From an uncultured Acidobacteriota bacterium (lineage in GTDB: Bacteria; Acidobacteriota; Thermoanaerobaculia; UBA5066; Gp7-AA6): a DNA stretch of 64,000 bases. The stretch covers positions 320,682 to 384,681 of the forward strand of contig CAWJYL010000001.1 in NCBI GenBank assembly GCA_963847075.1, read 5' to 3'. The notes below the pieces were generated by a model. It was given only the letters and a program-made list of their open reading frames with translations, searched no databases and was not told the origin of the DNA. Each line of letters opens with the position of its first letter. Within the stretch, counting starts at the first letter, position 1. Shown in pieces: positions 27,621-36,647 of this stretch. Both the position numbers and the translations under genes were made by a program.

Positions 27621-29078
27621 TCAACTCGGCAGGAAGCTCGCCCCGACAGCCTGCGCAATCCGGGCCATGACGTGCTTGACCTGCGTGTAGTCCTCGATCG
27701 CGTACATCGACATGTCCTTGCCGTAGCCTGACTGCTTGTAGCCGCCGTGGGGCATCTCGGACACGAGCGGCAGGTGGTCGTTGATCCAGACAGTTCCGAA
27801 ACGGAGCTGGCGCGCCGCGTTGAGCGCGCGGTTGACGTTGGTCGTCCAGACCGAGGCCGAGAGGCCGTAGTCCACGTCGTTGGCCCAACGCAGTGCCTCG
27901 TCGTCGTCCTTGAAGCGCGTCACCGTGATCACGGGGCCAAAGACCTCCTTTTTCACGATTTCGTCGCCCTGCCGCGCATCCGCGACGATCGTCGGCGAGA
28001 GCCAGAAGCCCTTCCCCGCCATGGCCGCGCCGCCGAGCATCCGCACGTGTCCCGTCGCCTTCGCCCGATCGAGAAACCCCGAAACGCGCTTGCGATGCTC
28101 GGCCGAGATGACCGGCCCCATGTTCGTGGCCTCGTCCTGGATGTCGCCGACCTTCAGCGACTCGACGGCGGGTACGAGCGCCGACAGGAACTTCTCGTAG
28201 ACCCGTTCGCTCGCATACAGACGGCAGGCCGCCGTGCAGTCCTGGCCGCTGTTGGCGAAGCCCGCCATCTTGATCCCGGGAATGACGAGATCCATGTCCG
28301 CGTCGTCGAAGATGAGAACGGGCGCCTTGCCGCCGAGCTCGAGATGGACTTTCTTCAGGGACGCGGCGGCGGTGCGCGCAATCTCCTTGCCCGTGGCGAC
28401 GTCGCCGGTCAACGAGACCATGTTGACCCTCGGGTGCCGCACGATCCCCGCTCCCACCGGCTCGCCATGTCCCGTGATGACGTTCAGGACGCCCGGAGGG
28501 AAGATGTCGCCCGCGAGCTCCATGAGACGAAGGGACGTCAGTGGAGTCTGCTCCGAGGGCTTGAGGACGACGGTATTGCCCGCCGCAAGCGCCGGGCCGA
28601 TTTTCCAGACCGCCATCATCAGGGGATAGTTCCACGGGGCGATCGACCCGACCACCCCGACCGGCTCCCGGCGGATCATGCTGGTATAGCCGGCCAGATA
28701 CTCGCCCGCGGCCTTACCCTCGAGACAGCGGCAGGCGCCCGCGAAGAAGCGCAGATTGTCCACCATGAAGGGGACCTCCGACTTCGCGAGGCCGATCGGC
28801 TTGCCCACGTTCTCGGCCTCGAGCGCCGCGAGCTCGTCGGCATTCTGCTCGATTCGGTCGGCGAGCTTCAGGAGCATCGCGCTGCGTTCCGCCGGCGTCG
28901 AGTCCTGCCACGTCTCGAAAGCCACGGCGGCGGCGTCCACGGCCCGATCCACGTCCTTCTCGGTGCACTTGGGCACCCGGCCGATGGTTTCCTCGTTGAC
29001 CGGGCTGATGATCGGCTCGGTCTGGCCCTCGACGGCGTCCACCATCCGACCGTTGACGTAGTTCTTGTAGGTCTTCAT
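27621..29078 (-). CDS. Aldehyde dehydrogenase, gamma-aminobutyraldehyde dehydrogenase (PatD/PuuC)-like
   Basis: 485 aa: MKTYKNYVNGRMVDA..., LELGGKAPVLIF, GQDCTAACR, EVFGPV. Confidence 0.85.
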   Translation of the reverse strand: MKTYKNYVNGRMVDAVEGQTEPIISPVNEETIGRVPKCTEKDVDRAVDAAAVAFETWQDSTPAERSAMLLKLADRIEQNADELAALEAENVGKPIGLAKSEVPFMVDNLRFFAGACRCLEGKAAGEYLAGYTSMIRREPVGVVGSIAPWNYPLMMAVWKIGPALAAGNTVVLKPSEQTPLTSLRLMELAGDIFPPGVLNVITGHGEPVGAGIVRHPRVNMVSLTGDVATGKEIARTAAASLKKVHLELGGKAPVLIFDDADMDLVIPGIKMAGFANSGQDCTAACRLYASERVYEKFLSALVPAVESLKVGDIQDEATNMGPVISAEHRKRVSGFLDRAKATGHVRMLGGAAMAGKGFWLSPTIVADARQGDEIVKKEVFGPVITVTRFKDDDEALRWANDVDYGLSASVWTTNVNRALNAARQLRFGTVWINDHLPLVSEMPHGGYKQSGYGKDMSMYAIEDYTQVKHVMARIAQAVGASFLPS

Positions 29079-29115
29079 GACGTCGCGACTCCTTTCGATT
29101 CCCGGCGCCCGTATC

Positions 29116-30180
29116 CTACTGCGCCTTGATCTCCGTCCAGTACTCGTCCAGGATCGACGTCGCCTCGCCGATGTCCTCGATGAATTCGCACTTGGACAGC
29201 GCTTCCTCCGAGGGATAGATCGCCGGGTCGTTCAGGATCTCGGGTCGGATGAAGGCGCGCGCCGGCAAGTTCGGGCTGGCGTAGCTGATGCCATTCACGA
29301 TCTTCGCGTCGACCTCGGGCTCCAGGACGTAGTCGAGGAAGGCATAGATCGCGTCGATGTTGCGGGCCCGGGCCGGGATGCACACGCTGTCCATCCAGAT
29401 CGTCGCCCCTTCCTTCGGCAGCACGAAGGCGAACTTGCGGGGATCCCGGGCGGCGAGCTTTGCGAGCTGGCCGTTGTAGCCGTGGGCGTAGGCGACGTCC
29501 CCGGCAGCCAGGATGTTCTCGTAGTCCCCGCTGTTGTAGGTCTTCACGAGCTCCTTCTGCTTCTTGAGCAGGTCCGCCGCCCGTCTCAGGACCCCGGGGT
29601 CCGTCGCGTTGAGAGACTGCCCCTGGAATTTCAGCGCGGCCGCGAAGCACTCGCGCATGTCATCGAGCATCAGGATCTGTCCCTTGTTCGCGGGGTCGAA
29701 CAGGGGGGCCCAGGAGTCCAGGGAGCGTCCGGCTCGGCCGCGGTTGTAGCCGTAGCCTGTCGTGCCCCACACGTAGGGAAGCGAATAGACGTTCTTCGGA
29801 TCGAACTGCTTGTCGAGAAAGCGTGGATCGAGGTTCCCGAAGTTCCTCAGCCGGGCCCGATCGAGCGGGCGCAGCAGCCTCAGGTAACTGAGGATTCGCA
29901 CCATGTAATCCGAGGGAACGACGAGGTCGTAGTCGGCGACGCCGGACTGGAGTTTCTCGAGAACGGGCTCGTTCGAGTCGTACAGGTCGTATCGCACCGC
30001 AATGCCGGTCCTCCTCGTGAACTCCTCGATGACGTCCTTCGGGAGGTACTCGGACCAGATGTAGACGTTCAGCTTCTTCTCGCCGGGCCCGGGATAGAGC
30101 GGCTCGTCGCGGCCCGGGCCGCACGCCGAGGCCGCCATGGCCGCGCAGAGCGTCAGCGCCGCGGCGTTCTGCCGAGTCAG
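29116..30180 (-). CDS. potD: Spermidine/putrescine ABC transporter periplasmic substrate-binding lipoprotein; start uncertain
   Basis: The C-terminal ~330 aa is PotD/PotF-like (KKLNVYIWSEYLPKDVIEEFTRRTGIAVRYDLYDSNE...). The signal/lipobox LTLCAAMAASAC lies upstream of the first ATG (30138) with no canonical start visible, and overlaps the potC 3' end. The track ORF to 31053 is a read-through artifact. Confidence 0.8.
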   Translation of the reverse strand: MTRQNAAALTLCAAMAASACGPGRDEPLYPGPGEKKLNVYIWSEYLPKDVIEEFTRRTGIAVRYDLYDSNEPVLEKLQSGVADYDLVVPSDYMVRILSYLRLLRPLDRARLRNFGNLDPRFLDKQFDPKNVYSLPYVWGTTGYGYNRGRAGRSLDSWAPLFDPANKGQILMLDDMRECFAAALKFQGQSLNATDPGVLRRAADLLKKQKELVKTYNSGDYENILAAGDVAYAHGYNGQLAKLAARDPRKFAFVLPKEGATIWMDSVCIPARARNIDAIYAFLDYVLEPEVDAKIVNGISYASPNLPARAFIRPEILNDPAIYPSEEALSKCEFIEDIGEATSILDEYWTEIKAQ

Positions 30181-30968
30181 GACGTTTCCCCGCGCTCCCG
30201 CGCCGGCTGCTGCAGCCGCTGTGCGATGACGATCAGTACGACCGTGACCGCCAGGAGCAGAGTCGAGACGGCATTCACCTCCGGCGTCACACCGACCTTC
30301 AGCATCGAGTAGATCTGGAGCGGCAGCGTCGTCGCCCCGACGCCCGCGACAAACGAAGTGATGACGTAGTCGTCGATCGAGATCGTGAAGCACAGGAGCG
30401 CGCCCGCCACGATCCCTGGCGCGATCAGCGGCAGCGTCACCCGCCAGAACGTCTGGACGGGCCTCGCTCCGAGGTCGAGCGCGGCCTCCTCGAGCGAGCG
30501 GTCGAAGCCGGACAACCGCGCGCGGACGACGATCGCCACGTACGAGACCGAAAACACCACGTGCGCCAGCACGACCGTCCAGAGCGACAGGCGCAGGGTC
30601 ACGGCGCCGAAGAAGGTCACCAGCGCCGCACCGATGACGATCTCCGGGATGATGATCGGCAGGTACAGAAGACTCCTCGTGAATCCCGAGCCCCGGAACT
30701 CGTAGCGCCCCAGGGCGAGCGCCGCGAGGGTGCCGAACACGGTCGCAACGGCCGTCGCGATCACGCCCACGATCAGGCTGTTCTTGACCGAGGCAAGGAT
30801 CAGCTCGTTGTGGACGAGTCTTCGATACCAGCCGAGCGTGACCCCCTCCCACACCGCCGTCTGCGTCCCCCGATTGAACGAGAAGACGACGAGAATCGCG
30901 ATCGGGGCGTAGAGAAACAGATACACGAGCCAGGCGTACCCCGCCAGAAAGCGGCCCCGGCCCCTCAC
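30177..30968 (-). CDS. potC: Spermidine/putrescine ABC transporter permease
   Basis: 263 aa, 6 TM, with the EAA-like loop EEAALDLGARPVQTFWRVTLPL. Confidence 0.85.
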   Translation of the reverse strand: MRGRGRFLAGYAWLVYLFLYAPIAILVVFSFNRGTQTAVWEGVTLGWYRRLVHNELILASVKNSLIVGVIATAVATVFGTLAALALGRYEFRGSGFTRSLLYLPIIIPEIVIGAALVTFFGAVTLRLSLWTVVLAHVVFSVSYVAIVVRARLSGFDRSLEEAALDLGARPVQTFWRVTLPLIAPGIVAGALLCFTISIDDYVITSFVAGVGATTLPLQIYSMLKVGVTPEVNAVSTLLLAVTVVLIVIAQRLQQPARERGETS

Positions 30969-31867
30969 AGGAGCACGTCCTGCCCCTTGCGCTTCGTGTA
31001 CAGCGTGTAGGCAAAGAGCAGAGCGAGAACCGCGGCCGTGAGCTCGAAGGCAATTGCGGCGCCGAAGGGCTTGTTACGCGCCACGGCGAACTGGTTCTGG
31101 ATCAGGTTGCCGGCCAGGATCGTCCTGGCTCCCCCGAGAAGGTCGGACACGATGAACTGCCCGAGGCTCGGCACGAACACGAGGATCACGCCGGCCACGA
31201 TCCCCGGCATCGTCAGCGGCACGGTGACCCGCCGAAAGGCCGCGACGCGCCCCGCCCCGAGGTCCTGCGCGGCTTCCAGGAGGGACAGGTCGAGTTTTTC
31301 GAGCGATGCGAAGAGCGGAAGGACCATGAACGGCAGCTCGCCGTACACGAGGCCTATGAGCACGGCAAAGTTGTTGTACAGGAGCTCCACCGGATGGGAC
31401 ACGATGCCTGCCGCCATCAGGACCCGATTGACGAGACCCTCGGTCCGCAACAGGAACATCCAGGCATACGTACGAATCAGGAAGCTCGTCCAGAATGGCA
31501 CGACCACGAGCCCGAGCAACAGATTGCGTCGGCGCACAGCGGCCGTCACGGCGATGTAGTAGGCGACCGGATAGCTGATCGCCAGGCAGAGCAGGGTCGT
31601 CACCGTGGCCATCCAGATCGAGCGCCAGGAGATCTGCAGGTAGATCGGGTGAAACGACCGCGCGTAGTTGGCCAGGAACTTCCCCGAGGAGAGGTAGAGC
31701 CACGGGTTATTGATCGGCTTCAATCCGCCGTAGGTGGCGCGCTGGCCGAAGCTGACGACGAAGAGAATCCCGAGCGGAAGCAGGAAGAAGATGCCGAGCG
31801 TGGCCCAGGTGGGAAGAACGAGGGGGTAGGCCGCCCGACCGGTCCGCCCGGGCGCGTTCGGTGTCAT
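30965..31867 (-). CDS. potB: Spermidine/putrescine ABC transporter permease
   Basis: 300 aa, 6 TM, LEAAQDLGAGRVAAFRRVTVPL. 4-nt overlaps with potA and potC. Confidence 0.85.
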   Translation of the reverse strand: MTPNAPGRTGRAAYPLVLPTWATLGIFFLLPLGILFVVSFGQRATYGGLKPINNPWLYLSSGKFLANYARSFHPIYLQISWRSIWMATVTTLLCLAISYPVAYYIAVTAAVRRRNLLLGLVVVPFWTSFLIRTYAWMFLLRTEGLVNRVLMAAGIVSHPVELLYNNFAVLIGLVYGELPFMVLPLFASLEKLDLSLLEAAQDLGAGRVAAFRRVTVPLTMPGIVAGVILVFVPSLGQFIVSDLLGGARTILAGNLIQNQFAVARNKPFGAAIAFELTAAVLALLFAYTLYTKRKGQDVLL

Positions 31868-32979
31868 TTCGGCGGCGCCCCGCTACGGATCACGACGGCG
31901 TGTCTCGCGTTCCAGCACAGGAAGGCGCGGCCGCCCACGCTGAACTTCGAGTCTTCCTCGAACGGCTTCTCGTTCTGCTCGTAGACGAAGAACCGCTCGT
32001 CCGCCCGATCGCGCACGATCCAGACGGTGCTCACGCCCTGGTAGACCCGGTCCTCGATCGTCACCGGCAGCGACGGAACGCCGTGGGCCGACAGGTCGCG
32101 GCCGCGCAGGTCGAGCTTCTCCGGGCGCACGAGGAACCGGACATCCTCGCCGACCGCGTAGTGGACTCCCTCCGAGGGCAGCCGTACGTCGCCCCCGGCT
32201 TTCAGGGCGAGCGCGACGGTGCCGTCGACGACCTCGCTCACCCGGGCGGCGAAGAAGTTCGAGGCGCCCATGAAATTGGCGACGAACTCCGTCGCCGGCT
32301 TCTCGAACACGCGCGCGGCCTCGTCCACCTGCTCGACCCGTCCGCGACTCATGACCGCGATCCGGTCGCTCATGGTCAGGGCCTCCTCCTGGTCGTGCGT
32401 CACGAAGATGAACGTAATGCCGAGCGAACGCTGCAGACGCTTGAGCTCCACCTGCACTTCCTTGCGCAGCTTCTGATCGAGGGCTCCCAGAGGTTCGTCG
32501 AGCAGGAGCACGGCGGGTTCGAGCGCGAGCGCACGGGCGAGCGCGACGCGCTGCCGCTGCCCGCCCGAGAGTTGCGCCGGAAGTCTCTTCTCGAAGCCGC
32601 TGAGCCGTACGAGAGCGAGAGCGTCCGCCACCCGCCGCCCTTCGGCCGATCGCGGCGTGCTCCCGTACCGCATGCCGAAGGCGATGTTCTCGCCGACCGT
32701 CAGGTGGGGAAAGAGCGCGTAGCTCTGGAAGACCATGTTGACGGGGCGCTCGTACGGCGGAGCGAGGGTCACGTCCGAGCCCTCGATGAGGATGGATCCG
32801 CTGCTCGGCGCCTCGAACCCGCCGATCATCCGCAGCAGCGTCGTCTTGCCACAGCCCGAGGGCCCGAGCAGGGAGAAGAACTCGCCGCGCCGGATATCGA
32901 GAGACACCGCATCGACCGCGGCCACGTCGCCGAAGCGTTTCGTCAGGATCCGGATCTCGACGCTGTTTTCAGTCGCCAT
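31864..32979 (-). CDS. potA: Spermidine/putrescine ABC transporter ATP-binding protein
   Basis: 371 aa. Walker A GPSGCGKTT, signature LSGGQRQRVALARAL, Walker B LLLDEPLGALD, and a C-terminal TOBE-like domain. Confidence 0.9.
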   Translation of the reverse strand: MATENSVEIRILTKRFGDVAAVDAVSLDIRRGEFFSLLGPSGCGKTTLLRMIGGFEAPSSGSILIEGSDVTLAPPYERPVNMVFQSYALFPHLTVGENIAFGMRYGSTPRSAEGRRVADALALVRLSGFEKRLPAQLSGGQRQRVALARALALEPAVLLLDEPLGALDQKLRKEVQVELKRLQRSLGITFIFVTHDQEEALTMSDRIAVMSRGRVEQVDEAARVFEKPATEFVANFMGASNFFAARVSEVVDGTVALALKAGGDVRLPSEGVHYAVGEDVRFLVRPEKLDLRGRDLSAHGVPSLPVTIEDRVYQGVSTVWIVRDRADERFFVYEQNEKPFEEDSKFSVGGRAFLCWNARHAVVIRSGAPPK

Positions 32980-32990
32980 CGGGACCGATC

Positions 32991-33100
32991 GTCATCCCGA
33001 GGGCCTTCGGCCCGAGGGATCCCCTTCAAGTCTCGATGGGACTGAGAAAGAGATCTCTCGCGGAGCCTGCCCTGAGCGAAGTCGAAGGGCTCGGGATGAC
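32991..33100. repeat. MITE/REP-like intergenic repeat, copy 1 (terminal inverted repeats GTCATCCCGAG...CTCGGGATGAC)
   Basis: 110 bp between potA and the TonB receptor. It is bounded by 11-bp inverted termini and holds the internal twin motif CCCGAGGG-CCTTCGG-CCCGAGGG. Its reverse complement aligns with copy 2 at 38086-38191 over about 45 nt at one end and about 25 nt at the other. Confidence 0.55.
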
Positions 33101-33126
33101 AACGGAATCAACGGGACGACACGTCG

Positions 33127-35979
33127 CTAGAAACTCACCCGGAATCCCAATCGCAGGGTCCGCGCCTGCTGATAGGTGTTGGGCTGGCCGTAGTGCGCGT
33201 TGGTCGGCGTCGGCGACTCATTGTCGACCTGTTGATTGGCCCAGACCTGGTCGATCTGCGTGGCTGCCTGGCGGTTCAAGAGATTGAAGGCGTCGGCCAG
33301 GATGTGAACAGTCACCGGCCCGAGACCGAGCCCGTAGTCGAAATGCATGTCCACCTCGTAGAGAGAGGGCGAGCGCCCCTCCGACCCGCGCGGCGCGAGG
33401 AACAGTTCCGGCCCTCCGTACCCGTCCCACCATCCGATCTTCGAGAGCGGGGCGCCGCTCAGGTAGTACGCCGACACCGATGTCGTGAGGTTGAACGGAA
33501 AGACATAGGCAGCCTGGACCTTCGCCTGCTGCGGCCGGTCGAGAGTGAGGTTCCCGGACGAGTTCACGGTGAACTCCGGATAGTCGAAGTCGTCCGTGAT
33601 GTTCGGGTCCTTGGCGTTGAAGCCCCCGATGGCGCGGAAGCTCCCGTCGAAATTGCCCTTCAGCGTCGAATAGAGATAGCTGGCATAGAGAAACCAGCGA
33701 TCCGACAGCCGTTTTTGAGCCGTGAATTGGATGGCCCGGAAGTAGCGCTGCGCCTGCGGGAAGGCCTGTCCGTTGTAGCAGGGGTAGGCGAAATCCGGCG
33801 GGCACGGCACCACGGTGCTGTGCCCGGGGTTGAAGAAGGCGTAATTGTCGCAGACGTCGACCGGAACGCAGGTGTCCTCGACGACGCTGCGAATACTGCG
33901 GTACATCCCCTGTAACCCGAAATTCCAGTCCCCGACCTGGCGCTCGACGCCGACCACGACCTCCTGCAGGTACTCGGTCGAGAGAAGCGGATCGATCTGG
34001 TTGACCGCGCTGCCCTTCAGCGCGGTCGGGTAACCGGCATCCACGAGCTCCTGGGCAGGAACGGCCGAGGTCGGGTCGAAGTTGAACGTCGTCGCATCGC
34101 GCTCGCCGTTGAGCGACCGGATGTTCATGTCCATGGGGATCGACTCGACGAAGTCGCCGTACGACGCGAAGAGCTTGGTCTTCCCGTCGTTCAGGAAGTC
34201 CCAGGAAACCCCCACACGCGGCGAGAAGTGATTGATGTTGATGTAGGTCGTGAGCGGGCCTTGGACGAGGGAGCCTTCCGGGCCGGTGTACGAGGCGCCC
34301 TGGATGATCTGCTGTTCCCAGCGCAGGCCGGCATTGATCGTCAAGTTCGGCAGGACCTTCCAACTGTCCTGCGCAAAGGCCGAGTAAACGTATTGCGCCG
34401 GGTTCGCCTGCAAGGGAGCCGAGACGGGATTGTCGACGGTCGAGTTCAGCGAGGCAAAGAAGATGTGGGAGTAGATCGGCGAGCCGCCTTCCTCGAGGGG
34501 GTTCAGAATCTGCACGAGCTGCCCACCCGAGTCGGGCGTGGCGCCGGAGAAATTTCGGAGCACGTTCGCGGAAACGCGCTCCCAGTCGAACCCCACCTTG
34601 ATGTCGTGGTTGGCCAGCAGGTACGAGCCGGTCAGGACGGCCGCGTCGCGCGTGAACTTCTTGTTGTCCCACTGGCCGTTGCCCGAGACTCCTCCGAAGC
34701 CGCCGTAGGCGGTCACCACGTCCCCGGTGGTGTCCTGATAGGCGAACTGGTTCCCGCCAATGCCCGGCAGATGCGACGCCGTCTCCACGTGGCTCCCCCC
34801 CTGCGCGGTCAACAGCCAGTTCGAGCCGAAGATCCCCTCGTAGCGCAGACCCCAGTCGGTCCCGCCGACGTCGGTCGTCCCGTTGTACGTGGTGCCCGGC
34901 CCGATGAGCTGGCCGATGGCGCCGGTGTCGGTGGTCGGATCGCCGAAGACCGAGCCGATCACCGTGTTCGAGTCGTTCAGATGCCAGGTCAACTTGGCGG
35001 AATAGAGGTTTCCGGAGCTTTTCAAGTTGGCGGTCTCGCCCGACGTCGGCCCGATCGTGACCTCGCGATTGAGACTATTGGTAACCCGGTCGTACGCTCC
35101 AAAGAACCAGAGACTATCCTTCAGGATGAAGCCCCCGATATCCGCGCCGTAATCTTCGTTCGAAAACCCGAGCGTGATCCCGTCGGGCGTCTGGGATTCG
35201 ACGTGCTTGCTGTTGGCCTGGAGGCTGGCTGTGTTGAAGTATCCAAAACCGTCGCCGTGGTAACTGTTCCCGCCGGACTTCGTGACGACGTTCAGGATGC
35301 CGCCGGTCGCATGGCCGAACTCCGCCTCGTAGCCGCCGGACTTGAATTCCACCTCCTGGATGAACTCGAAGTTCAGCGTCTTTCCCTGACTGCCGAACTC
35401 CACGCCCGTCGTGTTCGCGCCGTCGACCAGGTAGGTATTCTCGAGACCCGTCGATCCGTAGACCGTGATGGACTTCTGGCGGGTGTCCGATCCGTCCGTA
35501 CCGACCCCGGCGTCCAACTGCGCGACCGTTGCATAGTTGCGCCCGGTCGGCAGCGCCTCGAACGTCTTTGCGTCCATGTTCCGTCCGATGGCGCTGTCTT
35601 CCGTCGCGACCACGGCCGTCTCGGCCGTGACCGTAACGCTTTCCGTCTTCGCCTGAATGAGGTCCACGTTGAGCGTGGCTGCCTGCCCCAGTCCGAGAGA
35701 CAGGGTCTGGCGCCTGGGCGCGAAACCCTCCAGAGTCGCCGTAATCGTGTAGGTTCCCGGCGGCAGCAGCGTCAGGTTGAAGCGTCCCTCTCCATCTGTG
35801 ACGGTCGTGCGGCTTCCCTGGAGGCTCGGGCTCTTCGCCTCCACGGTGACACCCGGCAGTGCCGTCCCCCCTGTCCCGACAACCCCGCGGATGCTGCCCG
35901 TCGTTTGTGCGGCGAGCGGGAGACAGCCGGCGAGAAGCAGAACGAGCGCCCCGAACACGCGGCCGAGAGGCTTTTTCAT
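33127..35979 (-). CDS. TonB-dependent outer-membrane receptor with N-terminal carboxypeptidase-regulatory-like domain
   Basis: 950 aa. Signal peptide MKKPLGRVFGALVLLLAGCLPLAAQ. CarboxypepD_reg-like N-domain (GSIRGVVGTGGTALPGVTVEAKS...TDGEGRFNLTLLPPGTYTITA). Plug and barrel motifs, and a C-terminal aromatic residue (...RLGFRVSF). Confidence 0.8.
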   Translation of the reverse strand: MKKPLGRVFGALVLLLAGCLPLAAQTTGSIRGVVGTGGTALPGVTVEAKSPSLQGSRTTVTDGEGRFNLTLLPPGTYTITATLEGFAPRRQTLSLGLGQAATLNVDLIQAKTESVTVTAETAVVATEDSAIGRNMDAKTFEALPTGRNYATVAQLDAGVGTDGSDTRQKSITVYGSTGLENTYLVDGANTTGVEFGSQGKTLNFEFIQEVEFKSGGYEAEFGHATGGILNVVTKSGGNSYHGDGFGYFNTASLQANSKHVESQTPDGITLGFSNEDYGADIGGFILKDSLWFFGAYDRVTNSLNREVTIGPTSGETANLKSSGNLYSAKLTWHLNDSNTVIGSVFGDPTTDTGAIGQLIGPGTTYNGTTDVGGTDWGLRYEGIFGSNWLLTAQGGSHVETASHLPGIGGNQFAYQDTTGDVVTAYGGFGGVSGNGQWDNKKFTRDAAVLTGSYLLANHDIKVGFDWERVSANVLRNFSGATPDSGGQLVQILNPLEEGGSPIYSHIFFASLNSTVDNPVSAPLQANPAQYVYSAFAQDSWKVLPNLTINAGLRWEQQIIQGASYTGPEGSLVQGPLTTYININHFSPRVGVSWDFLNDGKTKLFASYGDFVESIPMDMNIRSLNGERDATTFNFDPTSAVPAQELVDAGYPTALKGSAVNQIDPLLSTEYLQEVVVGVERQVGDWNFGLQGMYRSIRSVVEDTCVPVDVCDNYAFFNPGHSTVVPCPPDFAYPCYNGQAFPQAQRYFRAIQFTAQKRLSDRWFLYASYLYSTLKGNFDGSFRAIGGFNAKDPNITDDFDYPEFTVNSSGNLTLDRPQQAKVQAAYVFPFNLTTSVSAYYLSGAPLSKIGWWDGYGGPELFLAPRGSEGRSPSLYEVDMHFDYGLGLGPVTVHILADAFNLLNRQAATQIDQVWANQQVDNESPTPTNAHYGQPNTYQQARTLRLGFRVSF

Positions 35980-36128
35980 CGCGGCTCCTGTCTGGTTCTG
36001 AAATTTGGGCCTACGCTATGGCGCCTTCAATCGGGCTGTCAAGGTGTCCCGCGGTCACATCTCGCTATTGTTGGGATCGTGGTCGGCCGAGAGGCGGCCG
36101 GATCGAGGTCGAACCGGCCCGGCAAGCG

Positions 36129-36638
36129 CTACTTCTTCTGGCTCCGATCCAAGAGTTTCGCGATCTCTTTGAGCTCGCGGAGAACCCGCTTGCGGTCGAA
36201 ATCGGGCGCCGACACCCCGGCCGCGGCGGCCAGGGGGAGCCCTGGCGACGACGAGACGGCTCTGGGCGCCGGAGACTCGGCCTTTCGCGAGGATGCCGGC
36301 GGCGCACCGGCTTTCCGGGACACCGACGCCGGTTCGGTCTTCCGCTGCGCGGCAACGGGCGGCGCGGGAGCGAGGCCGTCGTCGAAGCGGCCCTCGACGA
36401 TTTCCGCGTCGAGGCGTTTCTTCGCGCCCGCGACCGTGAACCCCTCGTCGTAGAGGAGCTCGCGAATGCGGGCGATGATCTTGACGTCGCGCGCCGTGTA
36501 GAGCTTGGTCGCGCTGCGGTCCTTGCCCTCCGACAGAGCGGGGAACTCCGTCTCCCAGTAGCGCAGCACGTACGGCGCGACTTCCGCGATCCGGCACGCC
36601 TCGGCAGGCCTGTAGACCTCGGACTCCACCTTACCCAC
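36129..36638 (-). CDS. MerR family transcriptional regulator
   Basis: 169 aa. N-terminal HTH_MerR (YRPAEACRIAEVAPYVLRYWETEFPALSEGKDRSATKLYTARDVKIIARIRELL), then an Ala/Pro-rich linker and a C-terminal coiled region. Confidence 0.75.
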   Translation of the reverse strand: MGKVESEVYRPAEACRIAEVAPYVLRYWETEFPALSEGKDRSATKLYTARDVKIIARIRELLYDEGFTVAGAKKRLDAEIVEGRFDDGLAPAPPVAAQRKTEPASVSRKAGAPPASSRKAESPAPRAVSSSPGLPLAAAAGVSAPDFDRKRVLRELKEIAKLLDRSQKK

Positions 36639-36647
36639 GCCGATAAT

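Noticed and set aside
33193-36453. Plus-strand ORFs (33193-33915, 33218-34672 minus strand, 34228-36453) overlapping the TonB receptor gene
   Set aside because: Alternative frames of a 950-aa gene with clear TonB-receptor motifs. The translations are Arg/Asp/Val-rich with no domain.
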